Numbered from the stretch's first letter, positions 8,259-18,420 are shown. The stretch: DNA of 49,727 nt from an uncultured Bdellovibrionales bacterium (GCA_964580285.1 CAZOKB010000008.1:1-49727); one strand, 5' to 3'. Notes: a model not told the origin generated them from the sequence alone. Made by a program: numbers and translations.

Positions 8259-11200
8259 ATGCAATTTACTCACCTTCACGTCCATACCCACTACACCCTC
8301 CTCACCGCCCTCGGCAAACCGGAAGAGCTTTTGGCGCGTGCCAAAGAAATGGGGCAGACCGCGCTCGCTATTACGGATACCTCCGCTCTCTATGGCGCGG
8401 TCGAATTCTACATGAAGGCTAAGGATTATGGCATCAAGGCCATCATTGGCGCGGAAATCTTTCTCTGCAAAGACCTCACCAGCAAAAACAATACCGCTGA
8501 AGACCGGCGCCGCAACACCCTGGTGCTGCTCGTAAAAAATGAAACGGGCTATAAGAATCTCCTCAAGATCATTTCCATTGCTCAGCTGGATGGCTTCTAC
8601 TACAAAGCCCGCGCCGATAAGAAGCTCCTCCGTCAATACAGCGAGGGCTTGATCGCTCTCTCTGGATCGCTTCAGGGCGAAGTCCCCGCTGAATTTATCT
8701 ACGGAGACTACGAGCGAGCCAAACGCGCTGCCCTCGAGTACCAGGAAATTTTCGGTCCCGGCAATTTCTATCTCGAAGTACAACCCCATTTCGACAATGA
8801 AGCACAAGCCACTGCCAACCAGGGGCTCATTGCTCTTTCTCGAGAAACCGGCATACCGCTCGTTGCCGCCAACGATGTCCACTACGTGCGCCGTGAGGAT
8901 GCCTCGGTCCAAGATACTCTCCTCTGTATCCGCGACAATAAACGGGTCGATGACCATGAACGATTCTCTATGATGTCACTCGATCTCTCACTCCGGAGTA
9001 CTGAAGACATGGTCGAAGCTTTCAAGGATTTTCCGGACGCTATTGAAAACACACAGAAAATTGCCGAGGCTTGCAACTTTTCCTTTACCTTCGGTGTCAA
9101 TCACCTCCCCTCCTACCCCCTCCCTGAAGGAGTAACCGCTGATACCTATCTCCGCAACCTCTGTGAAGAAGGTCTCCGAAAACGTTTTCCTGAACAGGTT
9201 ATTAATGAAGAACAGCGAACTCGACTCAACTACGAACTCGATGTCATTGAGAAAACTGGTTTCGCTTCCTACTTCTTGATCGTCCAGGACTTCGTCAACT
9301 GGGCCAAGAACAACGGCGTCGTCGTCGGTCCGGGCCGCGGTTCGGCCGCCGGTTCCTTTGTCGCTTACCTCACTGGCATCACCAACCTCGATCCCATCAA
9401 GTATGATCTCCTCTTTGAACGCTTCCTTAACCCGGAACGTATCTCGATGCCCGATGTCGATATGGACTTTGCTGACGATCATCGTGAAGACGTCTTGAAC
9501 TACGTCCGTGAGCGCTACGGTGCCGATCACGTCGCACAGATCATCACGTTCGGAACCATGGCCGCTCGAGCAGCGATCCGTGATGTCGGTCGTGCACTCG
9601 GTATTCCGCTCCCCCTCTGCGACCAGACTGCCAAAATGATCCCCATGTTCACGTCGATCAAAAAAGCGCTCGAGGAGGTACCGGAATTTAAAGCGCACTA
9701 TGACTCAAACGCCGAAGTGCGCCGACTCGTAGACAATGCGCAAAAAATCGAGGGGTTGTCGCGTCACACCTCCATGCATGCTTGTGGTGTGGTTATTACG
9801 AAGGATCCCGTAACTGAATACACTCCCCTCCAGCGAGTCTCCGGATCACGCGAAGGTGTGGTGACTCAATACGCTTCTTCAACTAAAGCCAATGCCGTTG
9901 AAAAAATCGGTCTCCTTAAAATGGACTTTCTCGGACTCAAAAACCTCACTATCATCCAGAACACCATTCGTATTATCCGCGCCCTCGGCAAACTTGATGC
10001 CTTCACTACAACCCTCGGTCTCGATCCAGAAAAAGCTTCCGTATCGGATATCATGGACAAACTTCCGCTTGATGATGTGGCTGCCTTCAAGGTACTTCAA
10101 GATGCTCATACCACTGGTGTTTTCCAGCTCGAATCTACCGGCATGAAACGCTACCTCAAGCAACTCAAACCCACCGTCTTCGAAGATATCATCGCTATGG
10201 TCGCCCTCTATCGTCCGGGACCGATGGACTATATTCCCGACTTCATTGGCGGCAAGCACGGTACCAAACAAGTCGAATACCTCCACCCAAAACTCGAACC
10301 GATTTTGAAGAATACGTATGGTGTCGCTGTGTATCAGGAACAACTCATGCAGATCGCCCGTGACCTGGCTGGCTTCTCCCTCGGCGAGGCCGATGTGCTC
10401 CGCAAAGCTGTCGGTAAGAAAATTAAGGAGCTCGTCGCTGAGCAACGCGTCAAATTTGTTAGTGGTTGCGTAAACAACGGCATCAAGAAAGATGTAGCCG
10501 AACACGTGTTCGATTTCATCGAGCCGTTCGCCGGCTACGGCTTCAATCGCTCCCATGCCGCCTGCTACGCGCTCATCGGCTACCAGACCGCTTACCTCAA
10601 GGCCCACTATCCGGCCGAATTCATGGCCGCCCTGCTTACGAGCGACCAGAACGATACCGATCGTATCGCTATTGAAGTCCGTGAAGCCAGGGAAATCGGT
10701 ATTGAGGTCCTCCAACCCGATGTCAACGAAAGCTTTGAGAGTTTCGCTGTGATCCGTGGAGATGATGGTATAGAACGCATCCGCTTTGGACTCCAGGCTA
10801 TCAAGAACGTTGGCTCGGTCTGCGCTGAAGAAATCGTCAAGGAACGCAAGCGTGGAGGAAAATTCAAAAGCCTGGAAGATTTCGTGGAACGCGTACAGAC
10901 CAAAGATCTTAACAAGAAATCTCTTGAAGCACTGGCTAAAGTTGGTGCTCTCGATCAGCTTGGAGAACGTGAACAAATCCTCGAAAGTATTGATGCCATC
11001 GTGCGACACAGCAAACAAGCTTCGACTATCGTAGCGTCTCATACCCAAAGCCTCTTTGGATCGATGCCCTTATCCAAGCCCACCATTCACCTTATCCAGG
11101 CAGCCCCAGCCCCCAAGCAACAAAAACTTTCTTGGGAAAAAGAACTGCTCGGTCTCTATATTACCGATCACCCGGCCTCGGAATACCGTCATTACTTTGC

Positions 11201-11789
11201 CAAAACCACCGTTCCCTTAAACGATTTGGAAAAGCGAGAAAATGAATCCCGTATCCGTATTGGCGGTTTAGTAACAGCCGTCCGCCGAGTCATGACCAAG
11301 AATGGTAATCCTATGTTTTTCATCGGTCTTGAAGATTTAACCGGCCGAACGGAAGTCTTGGTCTTTGGGAAGACCGCCGAACAAACAGAAGGATTTTGGA
11401 AAGAAGATGATATTGTTATTCTTGATGTGCGTATTTCTAACAAAGATGGTCAGCTCCGCTGTATTGCCGAGAGTGCCGAACGTATCTCCTTAGACACTCT
11501 GAAACAGTTCGAACGCGTGCGCGTCACTCACGAGAAAACAGAGACCGAAAAGAAAATGGCTCAAGAAAAACTTGCTTCGGTTCGAAAGCTCGCTATCACC
11601 ATGGACTCGACAGCTGATTCTCACCGTATCGAACACCTCTCCGCCTTTCTGAAACAGGCACCCAAAGGTGATACCAAGGTCATCGTGAAGCTTCATGGAT
11701 CCACTATCGAGACCCCTTTCTGTATCGATCCGAGTAAAGATATCCTTGCCGCTCTCAGTGCTCTTGAAGGAGTAGAATCTGTTTTATAG
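8259..11789 (+). CDS. dnaE: DNA polymerase III alpha subunit
   Basis: PHP domain (HLHVHTHY, ANDVHY), GPGRGSAAGS, MPDVDMDF, GLLKMDFLGL, GFNRSHAACY, C-terminal OB fold. Confidence 0.98.
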   Translation: MQFTHLHVHTHYTLLTALGKPEELLARAKEMGQTALAITDTSALYGAVEFYMKAKDYGIKAIIGAEIFLCKDLTSKNNTAEDRRRNTLVLLVKNETGYKNLLKIISIAQLDGFYYKARADKKLLRQYSEGLIALSGSLQGEVPAEFIYGDYERAKRAALEYQEIFGPGNFYLEVQPHFDNEAQATANQGLIALSRETGIPLVAANDVHYVRREDASVQDTLLCIRDNKRVDDHERFSMMSLDLSLRSTEDMVEAFKDFPDAIENTQKIAEACNFSFTFGVNHLPSYPLPEGVTADTYLRNLCEEGLRKRFPEQVINEEQRTRLNYELDVIEKTGFASYFLIVQDFVNWAKNNGVVVGPGRGSAAGSFVAYLTGITNLDPIKYDLLFERFLNPERISMPDVDMDFADDHREDVLNYVRERYGADHVAQIITFGTMAARAAIRDVGRALGIPLPLCDQTAKMIPMFTSIKKALEEVPEFKAHYDSNAEVRRLVDNAQKIEGLSRHTSMHACGVVITKDPVTEYTPLQRVSGSREGVVTQYASSTKANAVEKIGLLKMDFLGLKNLTIIQNTIRIIRALGKLDAFTTTLGLDPEKASVSDIMDKLPLDDVAAFKVLQDAHTTGVFQLESTGMKRYLKQLKPTVFEDIIAMVALYRPGPMDYIPDFIGGKHGTKQVEYLHPKLEPILKNTYGVAVYQEQLMQIARDLAGFSLGEADVLRKAVGKKIKELVAEQRVKFVSGCVNNGIKKDVAEHVFDFIEPFAGYGFNRSHAACYALIGYQTAYLKAHYPAEFMAALLTSDQNDTDRIAIEVREAREIGIEVLQPDVNESFESFAVIRGDDGIERIRFGLQAIKNVGSVCAEEIVKERKRGGKFKSLEDFVERVQTKDLNKKSLEALAKVGALDQLGEREQILESIDAIVRHSKQASTIVASHTQSLFGSMPLSKPTIHLIQAAPAPKQQKLSWEKELLGLYITDHPASEYRHYFAKTTVPLNDLEKRENESRIRIGGLVTAVRRVMTKNGNPMFFIGLEDLTGRTEVLVFGKTAEQTEGFWKEDDIVILDVRISNKDGQLRCIAESAERISLDTLKQFERVRVTHEKTETEKKMAQEKLASVRKLAITMDSTADSHRIEHLSAFLKQAPKGDTKVIVKLHGSTIETPFCIDPSKDILAALSALEGVESVL

Positions 11790-11867
11790 GAATATCGAAT
11801 GTAGAATATTGAATAGAGTTTCAAATTAAAAGAAATCCATATCCTACATTCTACATTCTCTATTCCC
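11790..11867. repeat. Degenerate heptamer-repeat palindrome between dnaE and miaA
   Basis: gaatatc|gaatgta|gaatatt|gaataga ... catatcc|tacattc|tacattc|tctattc. Confidence 0.7.
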
Positions 11868-11884
11868 ACATGAATGCGTTCCAT

Positions 11885-12799
11885 ATGCACAAACAAATGA
11901 TTGCCATCGTCGGTCCGACTGCTTCTGGTAAGTCGGACTTCGCTATTGCTATCGCACAGAAATATAACGGCGAGATCATTTCCGCTGATAGCCGGCAGGT
12001 CTACCGCGACATGGATATCGGTACTGGCAAAGTCCCGCGCGACCCGCTGCCGACTGATTTTTTTTACTCTGAAGGCATCCGGCATCACCTGCTTGATATC
12101 GCTGATCCGAAGGATGAGTATAATATATCTCATTTCCTCTATGATGCTCGCCAAGCGGTTGAAGATATCCGTTCTCGCAACAAGCTCTCCATACTCTGCG
12201 GCGGCACGCATTTTTGGATTCAAACTCTTCTTGAAGACCATACCCTACCAGAGGTTCCTCCGAATCCAGAGCTCCGACTTCAACTCTCAAAAAAAACCAA
12301 TGAGGAACTTCTTGCGCTCCTTGAAAACAGAGACCCTGATCGTGCTCGCATGATTGATCCTCATAACACTATTCGTCTGATCCGCGCCCTCGAGATCGTA
12401 GCTGCTCTCGGAAAAGTTCCTTCCGCAATCCGCAATCAAAAATCTGAGATCCGCCATGCCCGCATTCTTGCTCTCAATCCCCAAAGAGAACTCCTGCGTA
12501 AACGCATCGCGCAGCGACTGGATGTGCGTTTCTCTCAAGGCATGGTCGAAGAGGTAAAGCGACTTCGTACCCAAGGCATCTCTTGGGAACGACTCGAGTC
12601 CTTCGGTCTTGAATATCGGTATATCGCCTTTTTCCTCCAAAACAAACTTTCCGAAAAAGAAATGCGAGAACAACTCTTCTTTGAGGTCTGGCACTATGCC
12701 AAACGGCAACTCACTTGGCTCCGCCGCTGGGAAAAACAAGGCACTTCCATCCAATGGATAGAAAACCCTGAGCAATTTTTGAAAGAGGTAAAATTTTAA
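11885..12799 (+). CDS. miaA: tRNA dimethylallyltransferase
   Basis: IVGPTASGKS, ISADSRQVYRDMDIGTGK, GGTHFWI, HYAKRQLTW; start ATG 11885 (alternatively 11870). Confidence 0.96.
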   Translation: MHKQMIAIVGPTASGKSDFAIAIAQKYNGEIISADSRQVYRDMDIGTGKVPRDPLPTDFFYSEGIRHHLLDIADPKDEYNISHFLYDARQAVEDIRSRNKLSILCGGTHFWIQTLLEDHTLPEVPPNPELRLQLSKKTNEELLALLENRDPDRARMIDPHNTIRLIRALEIVAALGKVPSAIRNQKSEIRHARILALNPQRELLRKRIAQRLDVRFSQGMVEEVKRLRTQGISWERLESFGLEYRYIAFFLQNKLSEKEMREQLFFEVWHYAKRQLTWLRRWEKQGTSIQWIENPEQFLKEVKF

Positions 12800-12829
12800 A
12801 GGCCTGGTACTCGTTGAGCTCCAGGCCTT
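12799..12829. terminator. Hairpin between convergent miaA and small ORF
   Basis: aaggcctgg ... ccaggcctt 9-bp stem. Confidence 0.6.
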
Positions 12830-12846
12830 CGGTTCAAATTTTTTTC

Positions 12847-12957
12847 TTACCCTTTCTCCTTGAAAAGGCGAATCAGGGGCTTGCGATACGCGATCGCCAC
12901 GCCCACAAACGGAAGGAGCAGTGCTCCCACAAAAACTGCCGGACCGAGTTGATCCAT
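12847..12957 (-). CDS. 36-aa single-TM peptide with basic tail (MDQLGPAVFVGALLLPFVGVAIAYRKPLIRLFKEKG); not in ORF track
   Basis: Hand-translated; AAGGAG RBS 7 nt upstream; dedicated promoter upstream. Confidence 0.7.
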   Translation of the reverse strand: MDQLGPAVFVGALLLPFVGVAIAYRKPLIRLFKEKG

Positions 12958-13036
12958 CTTGTGTCTCCTTAAAAAATGGCTATTTTTAGCCTAAGTTAAC
13001 CAACAAACTCCGTAACTCCGTAGGAACAACTTTTAA

Positions 13037-13065
13037 AGTATACCACAATTAGTCTTTCTTTGCAA
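13037..13065 (-). promoter_or_regulatory. Sigma70 promoter TTGCAA-17-TATACT (extended -10) for the 36-aa ORF
   Basis: Read directly on minus strand. Confidence 0.65.
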
Positions 13066-13140
13066 GAGCTATCGATTATGCCCTAAAAAGAGCCGCTTAT
13101 TGCTCTTCTTTGTGTAGGATATTTTTTTCTTGAACGAAAG

Positions 13141-14610
13141 CTACTGGAGTTTCTGTTTCAAAATTTCTGCGACCACAGGCGGGTTCGCCTTCCCCTTTGT
13201 TTCCTTCATAACCTGACCCATAAGATACTGGAGCGCATTCTCTTTGCCCGCTTTGAAATCAGCCACTGACTGCTGATTGGCTGCCAAGATAGTATCCACG
13301 ACCCTTTCCAATTCTCCAGTATCAGAAACCTGTGCTAAATTGAGCCGTTCAACAATATGCGATGGGTCATTATCTCCGCCCTGGTACATCTCCCCCAGCA
13401 CTGTCTGAGCGGCGCTCGAATTGATCCTCCCATCAGCGATCAGACCGATAAATTCAGCATAGTTTTCCGCCGTAAAAGGAAGCTCCGTAATTTCTCGTTC
13501 CGCATCTTTCAGATACTTCTTGATTTCCGTAATGAAATAATTCGCCGCGAGCTTTACACAGCGTGCACGCTCCGCTCTCACCTCTCCGCTCTCCCGCTTG
13601 GCTTCGAGCTCACTGACGACATTCTCAAAGTAACCAGCTGACTCCTTATCATCAGTCAAAATAAGGGCATCAGCCTCCGGAAGACCATACTCGCTCATGA
13701 ACCGGACTCTTTTCGCATCAGCGAGCTCTGGCAATGTCCGCTGTAAAGTTTCAATGTATTCCACAGAAAAATTAAACGGCGGAATATCCGGCTCCGGGAA
13801 ATAACGGTAGTCATGAGCGGATTCTTTCTTCCGCTGCGAAACCGTCTCGCCACGCGCTTCATCCCACCCTCTGGTTTCCTGTACCACCTTGCGGCCCGCC
13901 TCCAGCTCTTCGGTCTGACGCTTGATTTCAAATTCAATCGCCCGCTCCACCGTCTTAAACGAATTTAGGTTTTTGATTTCTACCTTGGTACCAGAAAGGC
14001 GATCAGCGCCTTCCGGATAGAGCGAGATATTTACCTCGCAGCGCATCTGGCCTTTTTCCATATCGGCATCAGAGGCATCGAGATAGCGCAACGTCTGGCG
14101 CAACTTCTGGCAAAAGGCTCGGGTATCCTTACTCGTCTCGAAATCCGGTTCGGTCACCAGTTCCATGAGCGACACGCCAGCACGATTGAAATCCACGAGC
14201 GTATAATCAGCGCCCGCCGGATGCATCGACTTCCCCGTGTCTTCTTCTAAATGAATACGCGTAATCCCAAAGGTCTTTCCATTTACCTCAATCGTTCCGT
14301 GCTCGCAGAACGGCTCATCATACTGAGAGATCTGATACCCCTTCGGAATATCCGGGTAGAAATAATTCTTGCGATCGAATTTAGAATGCTGCCGCAGCGT
14401 GCAATTGAGTGCCAATCCCACGCGCTGCACCATCTCGATGGCCTGGCGATTCGGTACCGGGAGCGTCCCCGGCTGGCCCGTGCAGACCGGACAGATATTC
14501 ACATTCGGCTCCTTCTCGAGGCCGAGCCCATTCTTGCATGCGCAGAACATCTTCGATGCGGTCTTGAGTTCGGCATGTACTTCCATGCCTATCGTGACTC
14601 CGTATTTCAT
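13141..14610 (-). CDS. gatB: Asp/Glu-tRNA amidotransferase subunit B
   Basis: IGMEVHAEL, FDRKNYFYPDIPKGYQISQY, RIHLEEDTGK, GKANP. Confidence 0.98.
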   Translation of the reverse strand: MKYGVTIGMEVHAELKTASKMFCACKNGLGLEKEPNVNICPVCTGQPGTLPVPNRQAIEMVQRVGLALNCTLRQHSKFDRKNYFYPDIPKGYQISQYDEPFCEHGTIEVNGKTFGITRIHLEEDTGKSMHPAGADYTLVDFNRAGVSLMELVTEPDFETSKDTRAFCQKLRQTLRYLDASDADMEKGQMRCEVNISLYPEGADRLSGTKVEIKNLNSFKTVERAIEFEIKRQTEELEAGRKVVQETRGWDEARGETVSQRKKESAHDYRYFPEPDIPPFNFSVEYIETLQRTLPELADAKRVRFMSEYGLPEADALILTDDKESAGYFENVVSELEAKRESGEVRAERARCVKLAANYFITEIKKYLKDAEREITELPFTAENYAEFIGLIADGRINSSAAQTVLGEMYQGGDNDPSHIVERLNLAQVSDTGELERVVDTILAANQQSVADFKAGKENALQYLMGQVMKETKGKANPPVVAEILKQKLQ

Positions 14611-14692
14611 AGTTTGGATCGTTATATGGCCCCACGGCTATAATAATGGCCTGTTTTTCGCAATAAGACAACCGGCTTTTGAGAGAGGCTAT

Positions 14693-15118
14693 CTAATGGC
14701 TTCCTGTGCTACCGAAACCGCCCTCGCCCCGTTCGCTTTCCGGCAAGACAGCGACTTCCTCGATATCCGGATGCTCGACTGGCTGAATCAGCAACTGTGC
14801 CACCTTTTCACCCGCCGAAAACGAGAGCGTCTCTTCGGAAAGATTCTTAGCGATGACCACTACTTCACCACGATAGCCCGCGTCGATCACACCGCCCATC
14901 GTCTTGAGGCCCCGTTTCAGTGCCACGCCCGACTTATCCCATATCAATCCGACATACCCCTCCGGAATAGCCAGTGCGATGCCTGTCGGAATTCCTTTTC
15001 TTTCGCCTGGTGCCAATACAATCGGCTCTTTGACACAGAGATCCAGCCCGGCATCATGTGCGAGCGCAAACTGCGGAACCTTGGCATCAGGATGGAGTTT
15101 CTTTACAAAAAGTTTCAT
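14693..15118 (-). CDS. dut: dUTP diphosphatase (trimeric)
   Basis: AGLDL, DKSGVA, GGVIDAGYRGEV, AQLLI, RGEGGFGSTG. Confidence 0.96.
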   Translation of the reverse strand: MKLFVKKLHPDAKVPQFALAHDAGLDLCVKEPIVLAPGERKGIPTGIALAIPEGYVGLIWDKSGVALKRGLKTMGGVIDAGYRGEVVVIAKNLSEETLSFSAGEKVAQLLIQPVEHPDIEEVAVLPESERGEGGFGSTGSH

Positions 15119-15723
15119 TCCGCTTCTTTTAAAAATTCATTGATAATCCCCTGAATATCTTTTGATACCGCCTCGATACTTTGATTCGCATTCACCTGTT
15201 GCCAGGCATACCGATCACCCAAGAGCTCATGGAAATTCTTACAAATCCGGATGCGCTCACTATCCATTTCGTTGCGGTGATCCTTTTCGATAGCAGTATC
15301 AAAGCGATGCCCATGCATGAGGATCGAGAGGTCCGGCATGCGAAGATCGCTATTGATGGCTTCCAAATATTTAAGATCTGCTCCCCACGTCAGCCCCCAG
15401 GCAATACCGGTACCGGTATAATCTTCCGCTATGATCCATTCACCGGTCGCCAATCGTCGCTCTAATTCAGACTGATACCGTCTCCGATTTTCAGCATACT
15501 GCTGTTGCAGTTCTTCGGTTGATTGCGGATGCGCCGCACGAAACGCTGGTTCCCGGAGGTATTTATAAATAAATGGTCCTTCTGGCTCAAGATCATAGAC
15601 CGGGTATTTCACTCGGCTCGCCTCTTTGCCTTGGGCATGCAAAAACTCGACTAAGCGCTCAACCTGCGTCGTCTTCCCGATTCCGTTGATCCCGTACACC
15701 GCGATCATCTTTCCTTGCACCAT
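15115..15723 (-). CDS. tmk: Thymidylate kinase-like protein (divergent motifs)
   Basis: P-loop YGINGIGKTTQ, RVKYPVY, PDLSILM; between a kinase and dut in a thymidylate cluster. Confidence 0.75.
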   Translation of the reverse strand: MVQGKMIAVYGINGIGKTTQVERLVEFLHAQGKEASRVKYPVYDLEPEGPFIYKYLREPAFRAAHPQSTEELQQQYAENRRRYQSELERRLATGEWIIAEDYTGTGIAWGLTWGADLKYLEAINSDLRMPDLSILMHGHRFDTAIEKDHRNEMDSERIRICKNFHELLGDRYAWQQVNANQSIEAVSKDIQGIINEFLKEAE

Positions 15724-15734
15724 ATACCTAAGAG

Positions 15735-16310
15735 TTATTCACCAGACATTCTCCGTTTGAGTTCTCCTACCATATCGTCTGTCTGTTTCTTCAAGTCCTC
15801 AAGCGTCCCATTGTTATCAATCACAAAATCAGCCCGTTCCTTGAGATCGCGAATGCCGATTTCAGTCTCCAATTGAGAATCCTTCTCAAACTGCATCGCC
15901 GTCTTCGAGGCATCATCGGTATTCTGTCGCCGTTGAGTGAGACGCTCAAAGCGTTTTTCCGGATTCGCTTCAACATAACAGAAATAAAAATGTTCATCCG
16001 TTTCCATATGCACCATATCTGGAAGCCGACGAATACCATCTACCACCACAAACTCTTCTGTGCTCGCTTCCGCTTCCGCAAGGATAACGCGTGATAATAT
16101 ATCTTCTCCAAAGGCCTTACGAATATACAGCGAGAGCTTGGCCATGTTTTCTCGATTTTGTTCAATACCTAAGCGATCCAGCATATCGCGCAGCGGTTGA
16201 GAAAAACGGAGTTTAGAAGCGCCATGCGCTTCGGCCAGATAATTCCCTACCGTATCCTTACCGGAGGCGATTTCTCCTGATACTCCCAGAATGACTTTCT
16301 TTGATGCCAT
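15735..16310 (-). CDS. P-loop nucleotide monophosphate kinase-like protein
   Basis: GVSGEIASGKDT, VVVDGIRR, RFERLTQR, ADFVIDNNGTLEDL. Confidence 0.75.
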   Translation of the reverse strand: MASKKVILGVSGEIASGKDTVGNYLAEAHGASKLRFSQPLRDMLDRLGIEQNRENMAKLSLYIRKAFGEDILSRVILAEAEASTEEFVVVDGIRRLPDMVHMETDEHFYFCYVEANPEKRFERLTQRRQNTDDASKTAMQFEKDSQLETEIGIRDLKERADFVIDNNGTLEDLKKQTDDMVGELKRRMSGE

Positions 16311-16324
16311 ACGACAACTATATA

Positions 16325-16828
16325 CTATGAGTTAGTGAGCTCCCTCTCTAGAGTAACAAAAGAATACCGATATGTCCCGTCTTGAGATGCTCGCCAAGAG
16401 AGTTCTCGACTAAAATCTCCATAATCAGGGAAAAAGGTGTCCGCTTCATACTCCCCCTCGACAAGGGTCAGGTACAATCGATCTGCATAGGGTAAAAATT
16501 GCCGATACACACTCGCTCCTCCACACACGAACACTTCTTCGGGTTCGACCGACCGCGCTTTTTCAAGTGCTTCTTCCACTGAACGCACCACGCTACACCC
16601 TTCCGGTACAAATCCCTTGTCTTGAGATAAGACAATATTCGTCCGATTCGGCAATGGCCGACCGATAGAGCGATAGGTATTTTCACCCATAATGATCGCG
16701 TGTCCCAAAGTAGTTTCCTTAAAGTGTTTGAAGTCTTCCGGGATATGCCAGAGCAGTTGATTCTGAAAACCGATAGCTCGATCCTTAGTTGCTATGGCCG
16801 CTATCATACTGATTTTTGGTATCTGCAT
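16325..16828 (-). CDS. folA: Dihydrofolate reductase
   Basis: LLWHIPEDFKHFKETT, IMGENTYRSIGRPLPNRTNIVLS, VCGGASVY, ADTFFP. Confidence 0.97.
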   Translation of the reverse strand: MQIPKISMIAAIATKDRAIGFQNQLLWHIPEDFKHFKETTLGHAIIMGENTYRSIGRPLPNRTNIVLSQDKGFVPEGCSVVRSVEEALEKARSVEPEEVFVCGGASVYRQFLPYADRLYLTLVEGEYEADTFFPDYGDFSRELSWRASQDGTYRYSFVTLERELTNS

Positions 16829-16842
16829 AGAGAAGAGTCTTC

Positions 16843-16876
16843 AAAAGAAAAGCCTCCCGCAAGACACCACGGGAGG
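16843..16876 (-). terminator. Terminator-like hairpin between thyA and folA
   Basis: cctcccg-tggtgtcttg-cgggagg followed by cttttcttttg on minus strand. Confidence 0.6.
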
Positions 16877-16884
16877 TAAAAAAT

Positions 16885-17805
16885 TTACACAGCAATAGGA
16901 GCTTTGATGGCCGGATGAGGATCATCATAGCCCTCGAGTGTGAAGTCATCAATGGTAAAGGCAAAGATATCCTTCACTGCTGGATTGATTTTCATCGTCG
17001 GAAGCTTTCGTGGTTCGCGCGACAATTGAAGTTTCACTTGTTCGAAATGATTGCTGTAGATATGCGTATCGCCACCCGTCCAGACGAATTCCCCCGGCTC
17101 AAGATCGCAAACCTGCGCCACCATCATGGTAAGAAGCGCATAGGAAGCGATATTGAACGGCACTCCGAGAAAGGTATCACAGCTCCGCTGGTACAGCTGG
17201 CAGGACAGCTTCCCATCAGCCACATAGAACTGGAAGAGGCAATGGCATGGTGGTAGGCCCGACTTGGCCATTTCGTCGATATCCGCCACGTTCCAGGCCG
17301 AAACAATAAGCCGGCGGGAATCCGGTGAGCGCTTGATCTGCTCAATCACCTGAGTAATCTGATCGATATGCCGACCATCCGGCGCTGGCCAGTTGCGCCA
17401 CTGGTATCCGTAGACAGGTCCGAGCTCACCGTATTCCCGAACAAAGCCTTCGTCCGCCTTCATCCGTTCGAGAAACGCAGCCATACTAGCATTCCACTCT
17501 TCCGATCCCGTTTGCGGAATCGCCTGGCCAGTCTTGCCAAGATACGCTTTGAACGGCCATTCATCCCAGATATGGACATTTCGATCAACAAGGTACTTGA
17601 TATTCGTTTCACCCTGGAGAAACCAAATCAACTCCTCGATGATGCCGCGCACGAACATCTTCTTCGTCGTCATGAGCGGGAAACCTTCCGAGAGATCGAA
17701 GCGCATCTGGTACCCAAACACGCTCTTCGTTCCGGTACCGGTTCGATCGGTCTTCACCGCACCATGATCCATGATGTGCTGCAAGAGAGCCAAATACTGT
17801 TTCAT
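16885..17805 (-). CDS. thyA: Thymidylate synthase (long form with small-domain insertion)
   Basis: [43 protein letters not shown]. Confidence 0.98.
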   Translation of the reverse strand: MKQYLALLQHIMDHGAVKTDRTGTGTKSVFGYQMRFDLSEGFPLMTTKKMFVRGIIEELIWFLQGETNIKYLVDRNVHIWDEWPFKAYLGKTGQAIPQTGSEEWNASMAAFLERMKADEGFVREYGELGPVYGYQWRNWPAPDGRHIDQITQVIEQIKRSPDSRRLIVSAWNVADIDEMAKSGLPPCHCLFQFYVADGKLSCQLYQRSCDTFLGVPFNIASYALLTMMVAQVCDLEPGEFVWTGGDTHIYSNHFEQVKLQLSREPRKLPTMKINPAVKDIFAFTIDDFTLEGYDDPHPAIKAPIAV

Positions 17806-17850
17806 AATATTTCCTCTTTCTTAATGAGCTGTTCAGAGGGTATCATCGAT

Positions 17851-18420
17851 TTACTTTTTCGTAAAATTGAGGTGCATCTTCGAAGCCACCGGTTTCTGAT
17901 CACCGTAGTACTTGCTATTGAGGCCTTTGGAGCCATACGGCTTCTCACACGGTGACGAGAGATATTCAAATGCCATCTGCCCAATCGGCATCTTGTAATA
18001 GAGCTTGATTGGCAGCTTGCCAGCGTTATAGAGCTCGAGCGTCATCTTGAGTGAATTCCCCGGATCAAGATAGCCAGCGGTCGTATGAATGATAAGACCC
18101 AGGCGCCCGAGAGAACTCTTGCCTTCCAGTCGACCGACGAGCTTGGCGGAGACTCCGGTCTCTTCGTAGATAAGACCCAGTGCGAATTCGTTCGGATGGA
18201 GAATGAAAGCATCACCTTCTTTAATTTCCACTGGCTTCATCAAATCTTTCGCTGGCGCTTTGGGATCGATGACAAAATGGCGCGATGTATCGAAAACAAG
18301 AAAATGCTTATCCAGATGGAGATCGATACTCGCTGGCTGCACGTATTCTTTCTTGAATGGTTTGAGAATGATCTCTCCTGCTTTGATTTCTTTAATAATA
18401 TCACGATCCGAAAGAATCAT
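17851..18420 (-). CDS. dcd: dCTP deaminase
   Basis: MILSDRDI, VQPASIDLHL, LEGKSSLGRLGL, TAGYLDPG, LELYN; start set at ATG 18420. Confidence 0.95.
   Translation of the reverse strand: MILSDRDIIKEIKAGEIILKPFKKEYVQPASIDLHLDKHFLVFDTSRHFVIDPKAPAKDLMKPVEIKEGDAFILHPNEFALGLIYEETGVSAKLVGRLEGKSSLGRLGLIIHTTAGYLDPGNSLKMTLELYNAGKLPIKLYYKMPIGQMAFEYLSSPCEKPYGSKGLNSKYYGDQKPVASKMHLNFTKK

Noticed and set aside
8235-11048. Long antisense ORFs opposite dnaE (8235-8957, 8988-9698, 9879-11048; up to 389 aa)
   Set aside because: Shadow frames caused by dnaE codon bias; no recognisable motifs or RBS, and they lie almost entirely within an essential gene. The same applies to most other overlapping ORFs in the track.
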